From assembly GCA_964448115.1 (NCBI GenBank), contig CAYUVA010000034.1:1-53284 (forward strand): a DNA stretch of 53,284 nt. The letters are read 5' to 3'. Shown piece by piece: positions 1 through 9,501 of this stretch. The first letter of the stretch is position 1. Each line of letters starts with the position of its first letter. Made by a program: the position numbers and the translations under genes. Source of the DNA: an uncultured bacterium. GTDB lineage: Bacteria > CAYUVA01. Under the pieces are notes generated by a model. The model was given only the letters and a program-made list of their open reading frames with translations. It searched no databases and was not told the origin of the DNA.

Positions 1-2
1 AT

Positions 3-251
3 ACAGAGTCTTATGGCGCTGGTTGTACTGATGTCTATCTTATCAAGACCGATGCTAATGGAAATATGCTCTGGCAGAAGACATTCGGAGGAAGTATGTA
101 TGATGAAGGCTATAGCGTGGCCCAGACCACGGATGGGGGATATATAATCGCTGGTTCTACATCTTCTTATGGCGCAGGTTCTGCTGATGTCTATCTAATC
201 AAGACCGATGCGCAAGGCGACACCGGTCCCCCACCGCCGGAGAAGAAGTGA
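3..251 (+). CDS. 3' end of a beta-propeller-type repeat protein (partial, runs off the left edge of the window)
   Basis: Frame is open from base 3 (TESYGAGCTDVYLIKTDANGNMLW...). Two copies of the repeat SYGAG..DVYLIKTDA.G are present, with DNA similarity between about 9-55 and 165-211. Confidence 0.8.
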   Translation, partial: TESYGAGCTDVYLIKTDANGNMLWQKTFGGSMYDEGYSVAQTTDGGYIIAGSTSSYGAGSADVYLIKTDAQGDTGPPPPEKK

Positions 252-282
252 TACCGTGGTATCGTGGTACCGTGATATCGTG
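248..282. repeat. Octamer tandem repeat (GTGRTAYC x4)
   Basis: GTGATACC GTGGTATC GTGGTACC GTGATATC GTG read directly; related copies at 39797-39828 and 50404-50414 (reverse strand). Confidence 0.85.
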
Positions 283-289
283 TACAAGG

Positions 290-317
290 TTAACTGTTTC
301 AGCGCTGAAACAGTTAA
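290..317. repeat. Perfect 28-bp palindrome
   Basis: TTAACTGTTTCAGC|GCTGAAACAGTTAA, with no spacer. Confidence 0.95.
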
Positions 318-345
318 AACATCACTCTGCCACTTTGTAAAGTTA

Positions 346-373
346 CTGGATTCCCGCCTGGGGGGGAATGACA
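346..373. repeat. REP-like element, ATTCCC-N8-GGGAAT type
   Basis: CTGG ATTCCC GCCTGGGG GGGAAT GACA. Confidence 0.7.
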
Positions 374-463
374 GTGAGGGGGAAACGCTCGCGCCGCATC
401 AAGTGCCAGGTAAACTTCGGCGGGCATCCAGCCCTTACCCATGAGGTGCATGATCAACCTATA

Positions 464-520
464 TGTCATCCCGTGCGGAGTCCAGATTTTTTAAAAATAG
501 GGACTCCACACAGGATGACA
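464..520. repeat. REP-like imperfect inverted repeat
   Basis: TGTCATCCCGTGCGGAGTCC (464-483) pairs with GGACTCCACACAGGATGACA (501-520) with 2 mismatches. Confidence 0.75.
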
Positions 521-663
521 GGGGGTATATTGTTGCGGCTACGCTGACCTAGGCTTTAGTCTCCTGCATTAAGTCTATTGGGTTTGTTCATCTTTCCTGA
601 TAGCGAAAAGAATACTCAAAATAAGTCAGAATAGAAATCCTCAAATACATGAATATTGAACAC

Positions 664-691
664 TTGACATTTAATTTTATTTAGCTAACAT
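664..691 (+). promoter_or_regulatory. Putative sigma70 promoter for the RRM gene
   Basis: TTGACA (664-669), 16-nt spacer, TAACAT (686-691). Confidence 0.5.
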
Positions 692-820
692 ATATGATCG
701 TTAGTTGTTCACCTGCTATTAAGTAATCAATGCTTTCGCTAGGAAAACAATCGCTAAATGCTAATGTCCTCCAGTCGAGCATTTAGATACTTATAGGCAA
801 GAATTGTAAAGGAGTGCAAG

Positions 821-1102
821 ATGCAAGGAAGTAAACTCTATGTCGGTAACTTGGATTACTCGGTAACCACGGACCAGTTGAGAGAATTATTCGCAAAATA
901 TGGCGAAGTTAAGAATGTAAACATTATCGAAGGAAGAGGTTTCGGTTTTGTTGAATTTAACAGTGAAGCTGATGCCGAGAAAGCCAAGGATGAATTGGAT
1001 GGAAAGGAATTCAGCGGCAGACAAATGAAGGTCGATGAAGCCCGTCCTCCCAAAAACCGATCACGAAGAGACTTCGGTGGAGGCGGCGGAAGAAGGTTCT
1101 AA
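821..1102 (+). CDS. RRM-domain RNA-binding protein with Gly/Arg-rich tail
   Basis: RNP2 LYVGNL, RNP1 RGFGFVEF, C-terminal RRDFGGGGGRRF; RBS AAGGAG at 809-814. Confidence 0.95.
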   Translation: MQGSKLYVGNLDYSVTTDQLRELFAKYGEVKNVNIIEGRGFGFVEFNSEADAEKAKDELDGKEFSGRQMKVDEARPPKNRSRRDFGGGGGRRF

Positions 1103-1140
1103 CTTTACCTCGCCAAGATCGAAGAATATCAATTGTTTAC

Positions 1141-1179
1141 AAAAAGCTCCCTCGAACACCTTCGAGGGAGTTTTATTTT
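1141..1179 (+). terminator. Intrinsic terminator, possibly bidirectional
   Basis: A5, then CTCCCTCGAA-CACC-TTCGAGGGAG (10-bp perfect stem), then TTTTATTTT. Confidence 0.9.
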
Positions 1180-1403
1180 AGATAAAAAGCAATTCCTTTA
1201 GCAATTTGCTGTGGAACCGGCTATCATTTGGCTATTGGTCAAAGGAAGGCGATGGTCTCCTGGGGGTGGATGTAACGAAACTGGAGCAAAGGAAGATACC
1301 GCTTAGCACCGGCTGGGTGCCTGCGGTTGGCTGGCTGAATTTGGGAACCGATACAATATTTAAGTATCATGGCACTTATTTACTTGAATGATGAGGTGAT
1401 GAT

Positions 1404-1556
1404 ATCAAAAACCTGCATAACATCGTAAAGGCTGTATCGTTGGCGATGCATACTATGGCATTGCTAGCCAAAACGCCCGATCAACCGCACTCAGTTAAGG
1501 AGCTAGCTGATGTAATGCAAGCATCGAAAAATACGCTTTCAAAGGCATTGCAAAGG
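1404..1556 (+). pseudogene. Truncated Rrf2-family transcriptional regulator (N-terminal HTH only)
   Basis: IKNLHNIVKAVSLAMHTMALLAKTPDQPHSVKELADVMQASKNTLSKALQR resembles the Rrf2 N-terminus but stops before the wing (RG..GG). RBS-like GAGGTG is followed by ATC where ATG would be expected. Confidence 0.7.
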
Positions 1557-1699
1557 ATCGGCGTATCAGTAGGAGTCCCCGGCGGTGGTCTTGGCGTTGC
1601 AGTCGGTGTGCTGGTTGGCTTATCAGTTGATGTACATGAAGGAGTGCATGTGTATGTACGAGTCGATGTATTGGTATGGGGCGGAATTATAGAGCACAT
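1557..1699 (-). pseudogene. Orphan Pro/Thr-rich linker fragment
   Basis: Minus strand reads PPHTNTSTRTYTCTPSCTSTDKPTSTPTATPRPPPGTPTDTP, with no signal peptide or domain attached. Confidence 0.55.
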
Positions 1700-1845
1700 A
1701 ATTTTTGTGATTGCCTTAAATGGTATTTACTGCTATCCTTGTATTGAAAATAGAGGAAGCGGATTTACTATTGAAGAGCTAGTAGAGTGCCACATTGTTT
1801 AACAAGGGAAGGGTCAAATTCCCACAAAGGGATCATATTGAAAAA

Positions 1846-3684
1846 ATGAAAACAGAAAATATAAAAAAGATCCTAGAATTATTGCATTTACCATCTGCGA
1901 TCATTAGACATGAAACTGAAAACAAGTCGAAAATCGAATTCATAAATTCAAGCCTTGCAGCACTGCTTGATCTCAAGGATAAAAGTTTTCACTACAAGGG
2001 CTTATCCTTAAAAGAGCTTGAGAAATTGGTAAAAGAAAAGTCTCCTGGTTATGATTTTATCAGGCTTGCCCTCAATGAAAAATTTACTGCGTATATCTTC
2101 AATGAAAAGCAAACTCTAGATGCTGAACAACAATTCCTGATAGATCATCAATGGCGAGAGATCTTATATTACATGCCTTATGGTTTGGGACTGATCGAGG
2201 AAAAAAGCGATGGTTCCCTGGGGCTTACCCAATGCAATGATCGTGCAAAAAAGCTATTAAAGCTCGCTTCGATCAAGAGTGATGGTGTCGGCTTGGAGGA
2301 TCTGTTTGACAAAGAGGAGTATCAGCAGATCCATCAGAAGGCAAGGCATACGATGAAAAGTAGGGAGGTCTCCTTTATCGCGGCTGTTAAACTAAGACAA
2401 GATGATCCACAGAAAGGGGCTACCCAGTGTTGGCTGGATATGGCTTTTTTCATCTCCGGCTCCCATCTATTCGCCATCTTCGAGGATGTAACCGAACAAA
2501 AGCTATCTGATCTTAAGCGTGTTTCCCTGGAGAAGCAACTGTTTTTATCCCAACGGCTTGAAGCCATAGGCAAGCTGGCAGGTGGCATCGCTCATGACTT
2601 CAATAACATGCTTACCTCAATAATTGGCTATTGCAGCCTGGCAAAGAGAAAATACTCTCAAGAGAAGAGCTTAAACGAGCTACTCGATAAGATCATGCAC
2701 TCCGCAAATCAAGCCTCCCACCTTACCAGGCAGCTCCTGGCTTACAGCAGAAAACAGATCGTAGAACCCAGGGTGATAAATATAAACAATGTGATAAATG
2801 AGATGGCAAAGATGCTTCGTCGCATGTTGGGCGAGGATATAAAACTAGTGCTGGCATTGCAAGAAGACTTGGATAATGTGCGCATAGACCCCGCTCAACT
2901 AGAACAGGTAATAATCCAGACCCTGGTCAATGCCAGGGAAGCGATGCCTGAAGGTGGAAGCCTTACGATTGAGACCAAGAATGTTTATCTGGAGGAGGAA
3001 TACTTCGAATCGCAAACCCTGATAAAGGACGGACCCTATGTGATGGTAACCATCTCAGATACCGGTATTGGTATGAGCCAAGAGGAAAGGGATAGGGCTT
3101 TCGAGCCTTTTTTTTCAACAAAAGAATCGACCATGAGTTCAGGTCTTGGGCTGGCTATGGTCTATGGCATAGTCAAGCAGAATAATGGCTATATATGGAT
3201 CTATTCCGACAAAGGACAGGGAACATCGATAAAGATCTACCTCCCCTCGGTAAGCGAGGTCTCCCCGGAAATTCGAGGCATGGAAGAAAAGGTGGAAGCC
3301 TCGGAAATAGAAGGAACCGAGATTGTACTATTTGCCGAAGATCAGGAAATGGTGAGAGACATTACGGTCGAGGCGCTCGAGGAATATGGATACAAGGTCA
3401 TTCAAGCCATTGATGGTCAGGATGCGCTCCAAAAGGCGACTGAATTTAAAGGTAATATCGATATGCTTGTTAGTGATGTCGTTATGCCTCGAATGAACGG
3501 GGTACAGCTTGCTGAAGCCATAAAGAAGCTCTACCCCGGTATCAAGATATTGTTTATCTCAGGTTTCACGGATGAATCGGTGATCAGACATGGAGTGGAG
3601 CGAGATAGCGTCAACTTCTTACAAAAGCCATATTCTCCTATCAAGTTAGTTAAACTGGTGCGAAAGATACTTGACCAGCAGTAG
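1846..3684 (+). CDS. Hybrid sensor histidine kinase / response regulator (PAS-like, HisKA, HATPase, REC; CckA-like)
   Basis: H-box AHDFNN, NAREAM, DTGIG, FFSTK, GLGL, and REC domain AED...SDVVMP...KP. ATG at 1846 preferred over TTG at 1795. Confidence 0.92.
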   Translation: MKTENIKKILELLHLPSAIIRHETENKSKIEFINSSLAALLDLKDKSFHYKGLSLKELEKLVKEKSPGYDFIRLALNEKFTAYIFNEKQTLDAEQQFLIDHQWREILYYMPYGLGLIEEKSDGSLGLTQCNDRAKKLLKLASIKSDGVGLEDLFDKEEYQQIHQKARHTMKSREVSFIAAVKLRQDDPQKGATQCWLDMAFFISGSHLFAIFEDVTEQKLSDLKRVSLEKQLFLSQRLEAIGKLAGGIAHDFNNMLTSIIGYCSLAKRKYSQEKSLNELLDKIMHSANQASHLTRQLLAYSRKQIVEPRVININNVINEMAKMLRRMLGEDIKLVLALQEDLDNVRIDPAQLEQVIIQTLVNAREAMPEGGSLTIETKNVYLEEEYFESQTLIKDGPYVMVTISDTGIGMSQEERDRAFEPFFSTKESTMSSGLGLAMVYGIVKQNNGYIWIYSDKGQGTSIKIYLPSVSEVSPEIRGMEEKVEASEIEGTEIVLFAEDQEMVRDITVEALEEYGYKVIQAIDGQDALQKATEFKGNIDMLVSDVVMPRMNGVQLAEAIKKLYPGIKILFISGFTDESVIRHGVERDSVNFLQKPYSPIKLVKLVRKILDQQ

Positions 3685-3768
3685 CGTCTATCGCTTATGA
3701 CTTTGAAATGGCGGTGGTAATGTATCAACATGTTTAGTTACACCACTTACTTTATTTGCAACCAGCCC

Positions 3769-5313
<1,545 letters not shown>

Positions 5314-5393
5314 CAATTGACCTGGCTAGGGGACTAAGGCAGCATAGCATTTTAAAAAACAATGGCTGCTATAAGAGACAAAACCATTTGTAC

Positions 5394-5421
5394 CTTTGTG
5401 TCTTTGTGCCTTGGTGGTTAA
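5394..5421 (-). repeat. TTAACCAC(AAAGACAC)n-type interspersed repeat
   Basis: Reverse complement TTAACCACCAAGGCACAAAGACACAAAG; sister copies at 39762 and 50440. Confidence 0.75.
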
Positions 5422-5448
5422 TTGACTCTCGAACCTTATGCCTAAAGC

Positions 5449-6180
5449 CTAATATGAACACTCGAAGCCGAAGTGGATGCCGAGCATCTCTCCCTCGAAG
5501 CCGTAAGGTAGCCTGGGAAATGGAGCTGAGACCAATACCGCACGCAATGCCGAGCGATCCAACTGCGAAATGCCCGAAGAGACCTCAACTTGGGTATCAG
5601 AAATGCTTCCATCAGCGAGGATCTTGAAGTAGATTATCACCCGGGAGACGCTCCCGGTTGGTATGCTGCCGTAAGGGGGTATCCAGTTGCGGCTTATCTT
5701 GTTCTTGATGATCTCCAGGTAGTAATAATAATCGAAATTCTCCACATCGAGCGCCAACGAGCCCCAGGACTGCCCGCCGCCAGGCGCACTGGAGCCATCA
5801 TCGATGATGAAGCTGTCAGTCTCGGTCTGCCCGCTGGATTCTGGCTCATCTGTTTTCTTTGGGGGAGCCGATTTTTTCTCCTTGGTTATAGGAACCGCCA
5901 CCTTGTCTTTGGCGTGTGGCTTTTGCTTAACCGGAGTGCTTTGTTCTTTGGGCTTATGTTTTGCTTTAATCGGCGTGGAAACAGGCTTGGGCGTTATTAC
6001 CGCGGCTGCCTTTGCATCCTTCGAACTCGCCGGGGGCGCATCGACCAGGTTGACTCGGATAACGCTATCCAAGGGTAGGCGATTTGGCTTCAACTGAACT
6101 GGAATGGTTAGATAATAGACCAAAGCTAAGTGCAATATGAGCGATGATATCAAGGCAATCGGCGCCAGGAGGTGCTCCAT
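5449..6180 (-). CDS. TonB/TolA-family energy transducer
   Basis: N-terminal TM with SLILH, Lys/Pro-rich linker, C-terminal YYLEIIKNKISRNW...VEVSSG...LDRSALRAV..SAPFP.LP. Start taken at MEHLL. Confidence 0.88.
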   Translation of the reverse strand: MEHLLAPIALISSLILHLALVYYLTIPVQLKPNRLPLDSVIRVNLVDAPPASSKDAKAAAVITPKPVSTPIKAKHKPKEQSTPVKQKPHAKDKVAVPITKEKKSAPPKKTDEPESSGQTETDSFIIDDGSSAPGGGQSWGSLALDVENFDYYYYLEIIKNKISRNWIPPYGSIPTGSVSRVIIYFKILADGSISDTQVEVSSGISQLDRSALRAVLVSAPFPRLPYGFEGEMLGIHFGFECSY

Positions 6181-6314
6181 GGTTAACTCTTTTTCTGTTG
6201 TTGAGTACGACATCCTCGATTTATATTTTAGCATATTTGATCAATGAACCTGAAAACGGGTATTATCTTGTTGAAAATAGTCTATTACGAAAGGAAAGGA
6301 GTTCGAGCATCAAG

Positions 6315-6667
6315 ATGAAGGTCTTTTCCACCTCGCCATTTTTGCCCGCTTCAATCGACAGGTTGAAGGAACTATACACTTTCGAGCACTATTCCAAGCT
6401 ATACCCCCCGTGTACTCATCAAGAGCTTCTGATGGAAAAGATCGTAGATATGGACGGTCTTTTGTGCCACCTTGCCAGTAAGATAGATGCGAGGCTCATA
6501 GATCATGCTAGAAACCTTCGAATCCTAAGCACCGTAGCTGTAGGCTACGATAATATCGATGTCGATGCAGCGCATCAGCAGAGACAAGGCGCGCAATGTT
6601 CGATCTGGCGGTCGATAACCTCATCGATGGTCTCAGCGGTCGCAGACCAGCCAACCTGGTAACCTAG
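6315..6667 (+). pseudogene. D-2-hydroxyacid dehydrogenase (glyoxylate reductase-like) with internal deletion and frameshift
   Basis: N-terminus ...LRILSTVAVGYDNIDVDAA is joined out of frame to the family C-terminus [32 protein letters not shown] (TAG 6665-6667). The NAD-binding domain is absent. RBS AAGGAG lies upstream. Confidence 0.85.
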
Positions 6668-6684
6668 AAGAAACAAAAGGCATA

Positions 6685-8535
6685 ATGAGGGTAAATGATG
6701 CTTCATGGCGCTTGCTGCTACTGTTTTATGCTGTATTGCTTGTTATAAGCATCGTTTGCCCTATCACTAGGCATGGTTACGCCTTATGGCAAGTCGCCGC
6801 CTTGGATGGCAACATAACCGTCACCCCGACCAGCAGCCCCACCTCGACTCCCACGGCGGGTCCGTTTCTGGGCACCGCTTTTGCCGAGCTTTACTCATCG
6901 TTCGGCGGCAGCCCAGAAGAGGGCGTAGTCGAGTTCTACTGTTATGTCGATGAGAACATGAGCCGCATCGTAACCGAGGATGGCTATGAGCCGTGGCTGG
7001 GAGTGAATCGCGGATACAGGCTGACTGGACAGACCGGCTGGTGGCTGGTCGATTTTTCGCCATTCAAAGGCTCTGCGCCGAACCATCCCTACTGGGTGCG
7101 CTTTTTCACTCCCATTGAGCAAGCCGAGTTCGAGGGCTTGATACCAAACAACCTTGAGTATGCCGGCGAGCCGACATACCTTCACCTGACCCAGGCTCCG
7201 CTTCCGCCATCAGCTATCTCTGCTCAGCTTGCAGAGAGCGGCATCCTTCTGACCTGGGTGCCTAATATGGCGCATCAGTATTTTATCTATCGCTCAAGCA
7301 CTCCGTCTGGAGCGGATAACGGGCGCTCTGACGGGTTCTATGAGCTATTGATAGGGGGACTTTATGGGGATAGCTATCTCGATGAGGATGATATGGCGCC
7401 TGGACGCACATATTATTATGTGCTCATCGCTCAGGATCATTACTTTCGCTTCAGCAGCCACAGCAAGGAGGTAAGCGCCACCTTCTGGTATCCCACGCCA
7501 ACCCCGACGGTTACAGACACGCCGACCCTAACTCCAAGCGCCACCCCCAGCCTTACCCCCAGCGCCACGGCTACCTCATCTCCCACCGGCACACCGAGCC
7601 TGACGGCGACAGCATCTCCATCGAGCACCCCATCGAGCACTCCCAGCATAACGCCGACCGCAACCATGACTCCGAGCATAACGCCGACCGATACAGCCAC
7701 AGCTACCCGCACCCCGACTCGAACCCGCACACCCACTATGACTCGGACTCCGACCGCGACGCCGACCAAGACCGCTACCCTGCTCCCCACTCGCACCCCC
7801 TCGGTTACGCCAACCGCTACCCTTTACCCCAGCGCCACGCCTAGTGCAACTGCAACCATTACGGCTACATCGCTCCCCACCTCAACAGCCACTGCTTCCC
7901 CGACCGCGACGCCGACCACGACCTTGACTCAAACCCCGACCATCACGCCGACCTTGACCCCGGAGCAGATCCCGCCCCCAGTAATAGACCCACTGCCTAC
8001 ATTTAGCGTTGGCACATGCACCACTATTGGCTGGAGCGATCCCAGCGGGCTGGCGGAGAGCTTCTGGGCGGAGTGCAGCCCGGATGACCAGTTCACCCTA
8101 CGCATGATAAGCGATTGGATCTATTCGATGAACTATACATTCTGCCAGCTCGAGGACTCGATGCGCTACCATTATCGTGTGCGCTCATCGTATCATGGCA
8201 GGGCGAGTTCCTGGAGCGAGTCGGTCAGCTCCATGCAGGACTCCAAGCCCCCGCGCATAGAGGCTGCTGGGTTCTTTGACAGCGTTGTAGGCTCACAATA
8301 CGGCGGAACTTTGATCATCCAGGCGATCTCTGGCGAGCCTTACATGGAGCGGATCAGGGTCTATATTGACGGTATCAATAGCGGTGCATCCCTGGGAAGG
8401 ATCGGTGAGTCATTGTATATACTTATACTACAGTTTCCACCGAGTGATCCCGGTATGTTGTTTATTGAGCTTCAGACAATGGACCTGGCTGGGAACAGCG
8501 CGTTCGGCTGGCCTTATCTTTGGGTGGATGAATAG
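6685..8535 (+). CDS. Secreted modular protein: FN3-like domains, long Pro/Thr linker, C-terminal WPY domain
   Basis: N-terminal hydrophobic signal, LTW...IYRS...YYYV FN3-like pattern, PT linker at about 7492-7962, C-terminus AAGFFD..GG..WPYLWV. Confidence 0.85.
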   Translation: MRVNDASWRLLLLFYAVLLVISIVCPITRHGYALWQVAALDGNITVTPTSSPTSTPTAGPFLGTAFAELYSSFGGSPEEGVVEFYCYVDENMSRIVTEDGYEPWLGVNRGYRLTGQTGWWLVDFSPFKGSAPNHPYWVRFFTPIEQAEFEGLIPNNLEYAGEPTYLHLTQAPLPPSAISAQLAESGILLTWVPNMAHQYFIYRSSTPSGADNGRSDGFYELLIGGLYGDSYLDEDDMAPGRTYYYVLIAQDHYFRFSSHSKEVSATFWYPTPTPTVTDTPTLTPSATPSLTPSATATSSPTGTPSLTATASPSSTPSSTPSITPTATMTPSITPTDTATATRTPTRTRTPTMTRTPTATPTKTATLLPTRTPSVTPTATLYPSATPSATATITATSLPTSTATASPTATPTTTLTQTPTITPTLTPEQIPPPVIDPLPTFSVGTCTTIGWSDPSGLAESFWAECSPDDQFTLRMISDWIYSMNYTFCQLEDSMRYHYRVRSSYHGRASSWSESVSSMQDSKPPRIEAAGFFDSVVGSQYGGTLIIQAISGEPYMERIRVYIDGINSGASLGRIGESLYILILQFPPSDPGMLFIELQTMDLAGNSAFGWPYLWVDE

Positions 8536-8538
8536 CTG

Positions 8539-9384
8539 ATGTTTATCCCTTTTTTCATTTCAGGCGTGCTTCACGGTAACACGCCACATGAGCACACGCT
8601 TCTATATACCCTGCTCAAGCCATTTTCCAAGCCAAATAGCCGGCTACGCAGGCTATCGCTTTATATATTCGCCCGCTTTATCGAGCTGCCCATGCTGCGC
8701 CTTGCATACCATGTTTGTAAGGGTAAGCTGGCTTGGATAAACAAGATTCCCTTGGCAAACAAGCTGATAGGGAGGCTTATCGTATATTACATCGGCAACT
8801 ATGGCGATACGGCAAAGCCGGTGCCTTATGAGCAGCTTTTATCGATACTTGATGACCTTGGAGGAGAGATGGCGGTAGGGAGCTGTCGCTGTCGCCTGGC
8901 AGTGCGAGCTTGCGATCATCCGCTGGAGACCGATATCGTGATCAAGATAGGCGTTAAGCCCTTCAGCAAGGCGTTCCCCGATGATTACAAGCCGGCCGGT
9001 AAGGATGAAATAATAAGGATCATCACCCACTGCCATGAGCTTCGCATGTTTCACCTCGTATTCGTGCACTGCCCGGTCAACCTGGACAACGAGTATGTTA
9101 TCTGCAACTGCTGCACCTGTGGATGCATCCCCTACATGGTGCATCGGCGCTTCGGGCAGAGAAACCTCCCCTTGCTCACCTACTATCGGGTGGAGATGAT
9201 TGATGGCAGGTGCGCTAAATGCTGGGATTGCCTTGAGGATATTTGTCCCTTCGATGCCAGGGTGATGGGCGATGATGGGGTGGTTGTCCAGGGGTGTATG
9301 GGCTGCGGGTTGTGCCTGTCGGTCTGCGAGAACCAGGCAATGCGCCTGGTCAAAGTAAAGCCGATCATTAAAAAAATTGATTGA
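8539..9384 (+). CDS. 4Fe-4S dicluster-binding protein
   Basis: CRCR, ICNCCTCGC, CAKCWDC...CPF, CMGCGLCLSVC. Confidence 0.85.
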   Translation: MFIPFFISGVLHGNTPHEHTLLYTLLKPFSKPNSRLRRLSLYIFARFIELPMLRLAYHVCKGKLAWINKIPLANKLIGRLIVYYIGNYGDTAKPVPYEQLLSILDDLGGEMAVGSCRCRLAVRACDHPLETDIVIKIGVKPFSKAFPDDYKPAGKDEIIRIITHCHELRMFHLVFVHCPVNLDNEYVICNCCTCGCIPYMVHRRFGQRNLPLLTYYRVEMIDGRCAKCWDCLEDICPFDARVMGDDGVVVQGCMGCGLCLSVCENQAMRLVKVKPIIKKID

Positions 9385-9501
9385 CTTAGATGCCTATGAT
9401 GCTATAGTTGGGCGCTGGGATACAGCGAAGAAACTATAATGAAAGCTGAAGTGGAAACTAACAGATCATCTATATAGCAAATACTTGACCTGTAGGCGGA
9501 C

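Noticed and set aside
277-291. 15-bp exact match ATCGTGTACAAGGTT with the queD start region (25751-25765)
   Set aside because: One or a few 15-mer matches are expected by chance in 53 kb, and similarity does not extend on either side.
208-444. 78-aa ORF spanning the repeat cluster
   Set aside because: Translates REP and palindrome DNA, overlaps the upstream gene and has no recognisable motif.
1206-1391. 61-aa ORF after the RRM terminator
   Set aside because: TTG start, no clear RBS and no recognisable family; it may be another relic but I cannot support that.
7440-7796. Val/Gly-rich antisense ORFs (also 16091-16444 and 18359-18574)
   Set aside because: These are shadows of Pro/Thr linker codons on the opposite strand, not genes.
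7492-7962. Pro/Thr linker as a DNA tandem-repeat array or diversity-generating target
   Set aside because: Codons are heterogeneous, so the repeat is at protein level only; no reverse transcriptase or template/variable repeat pair is seen.
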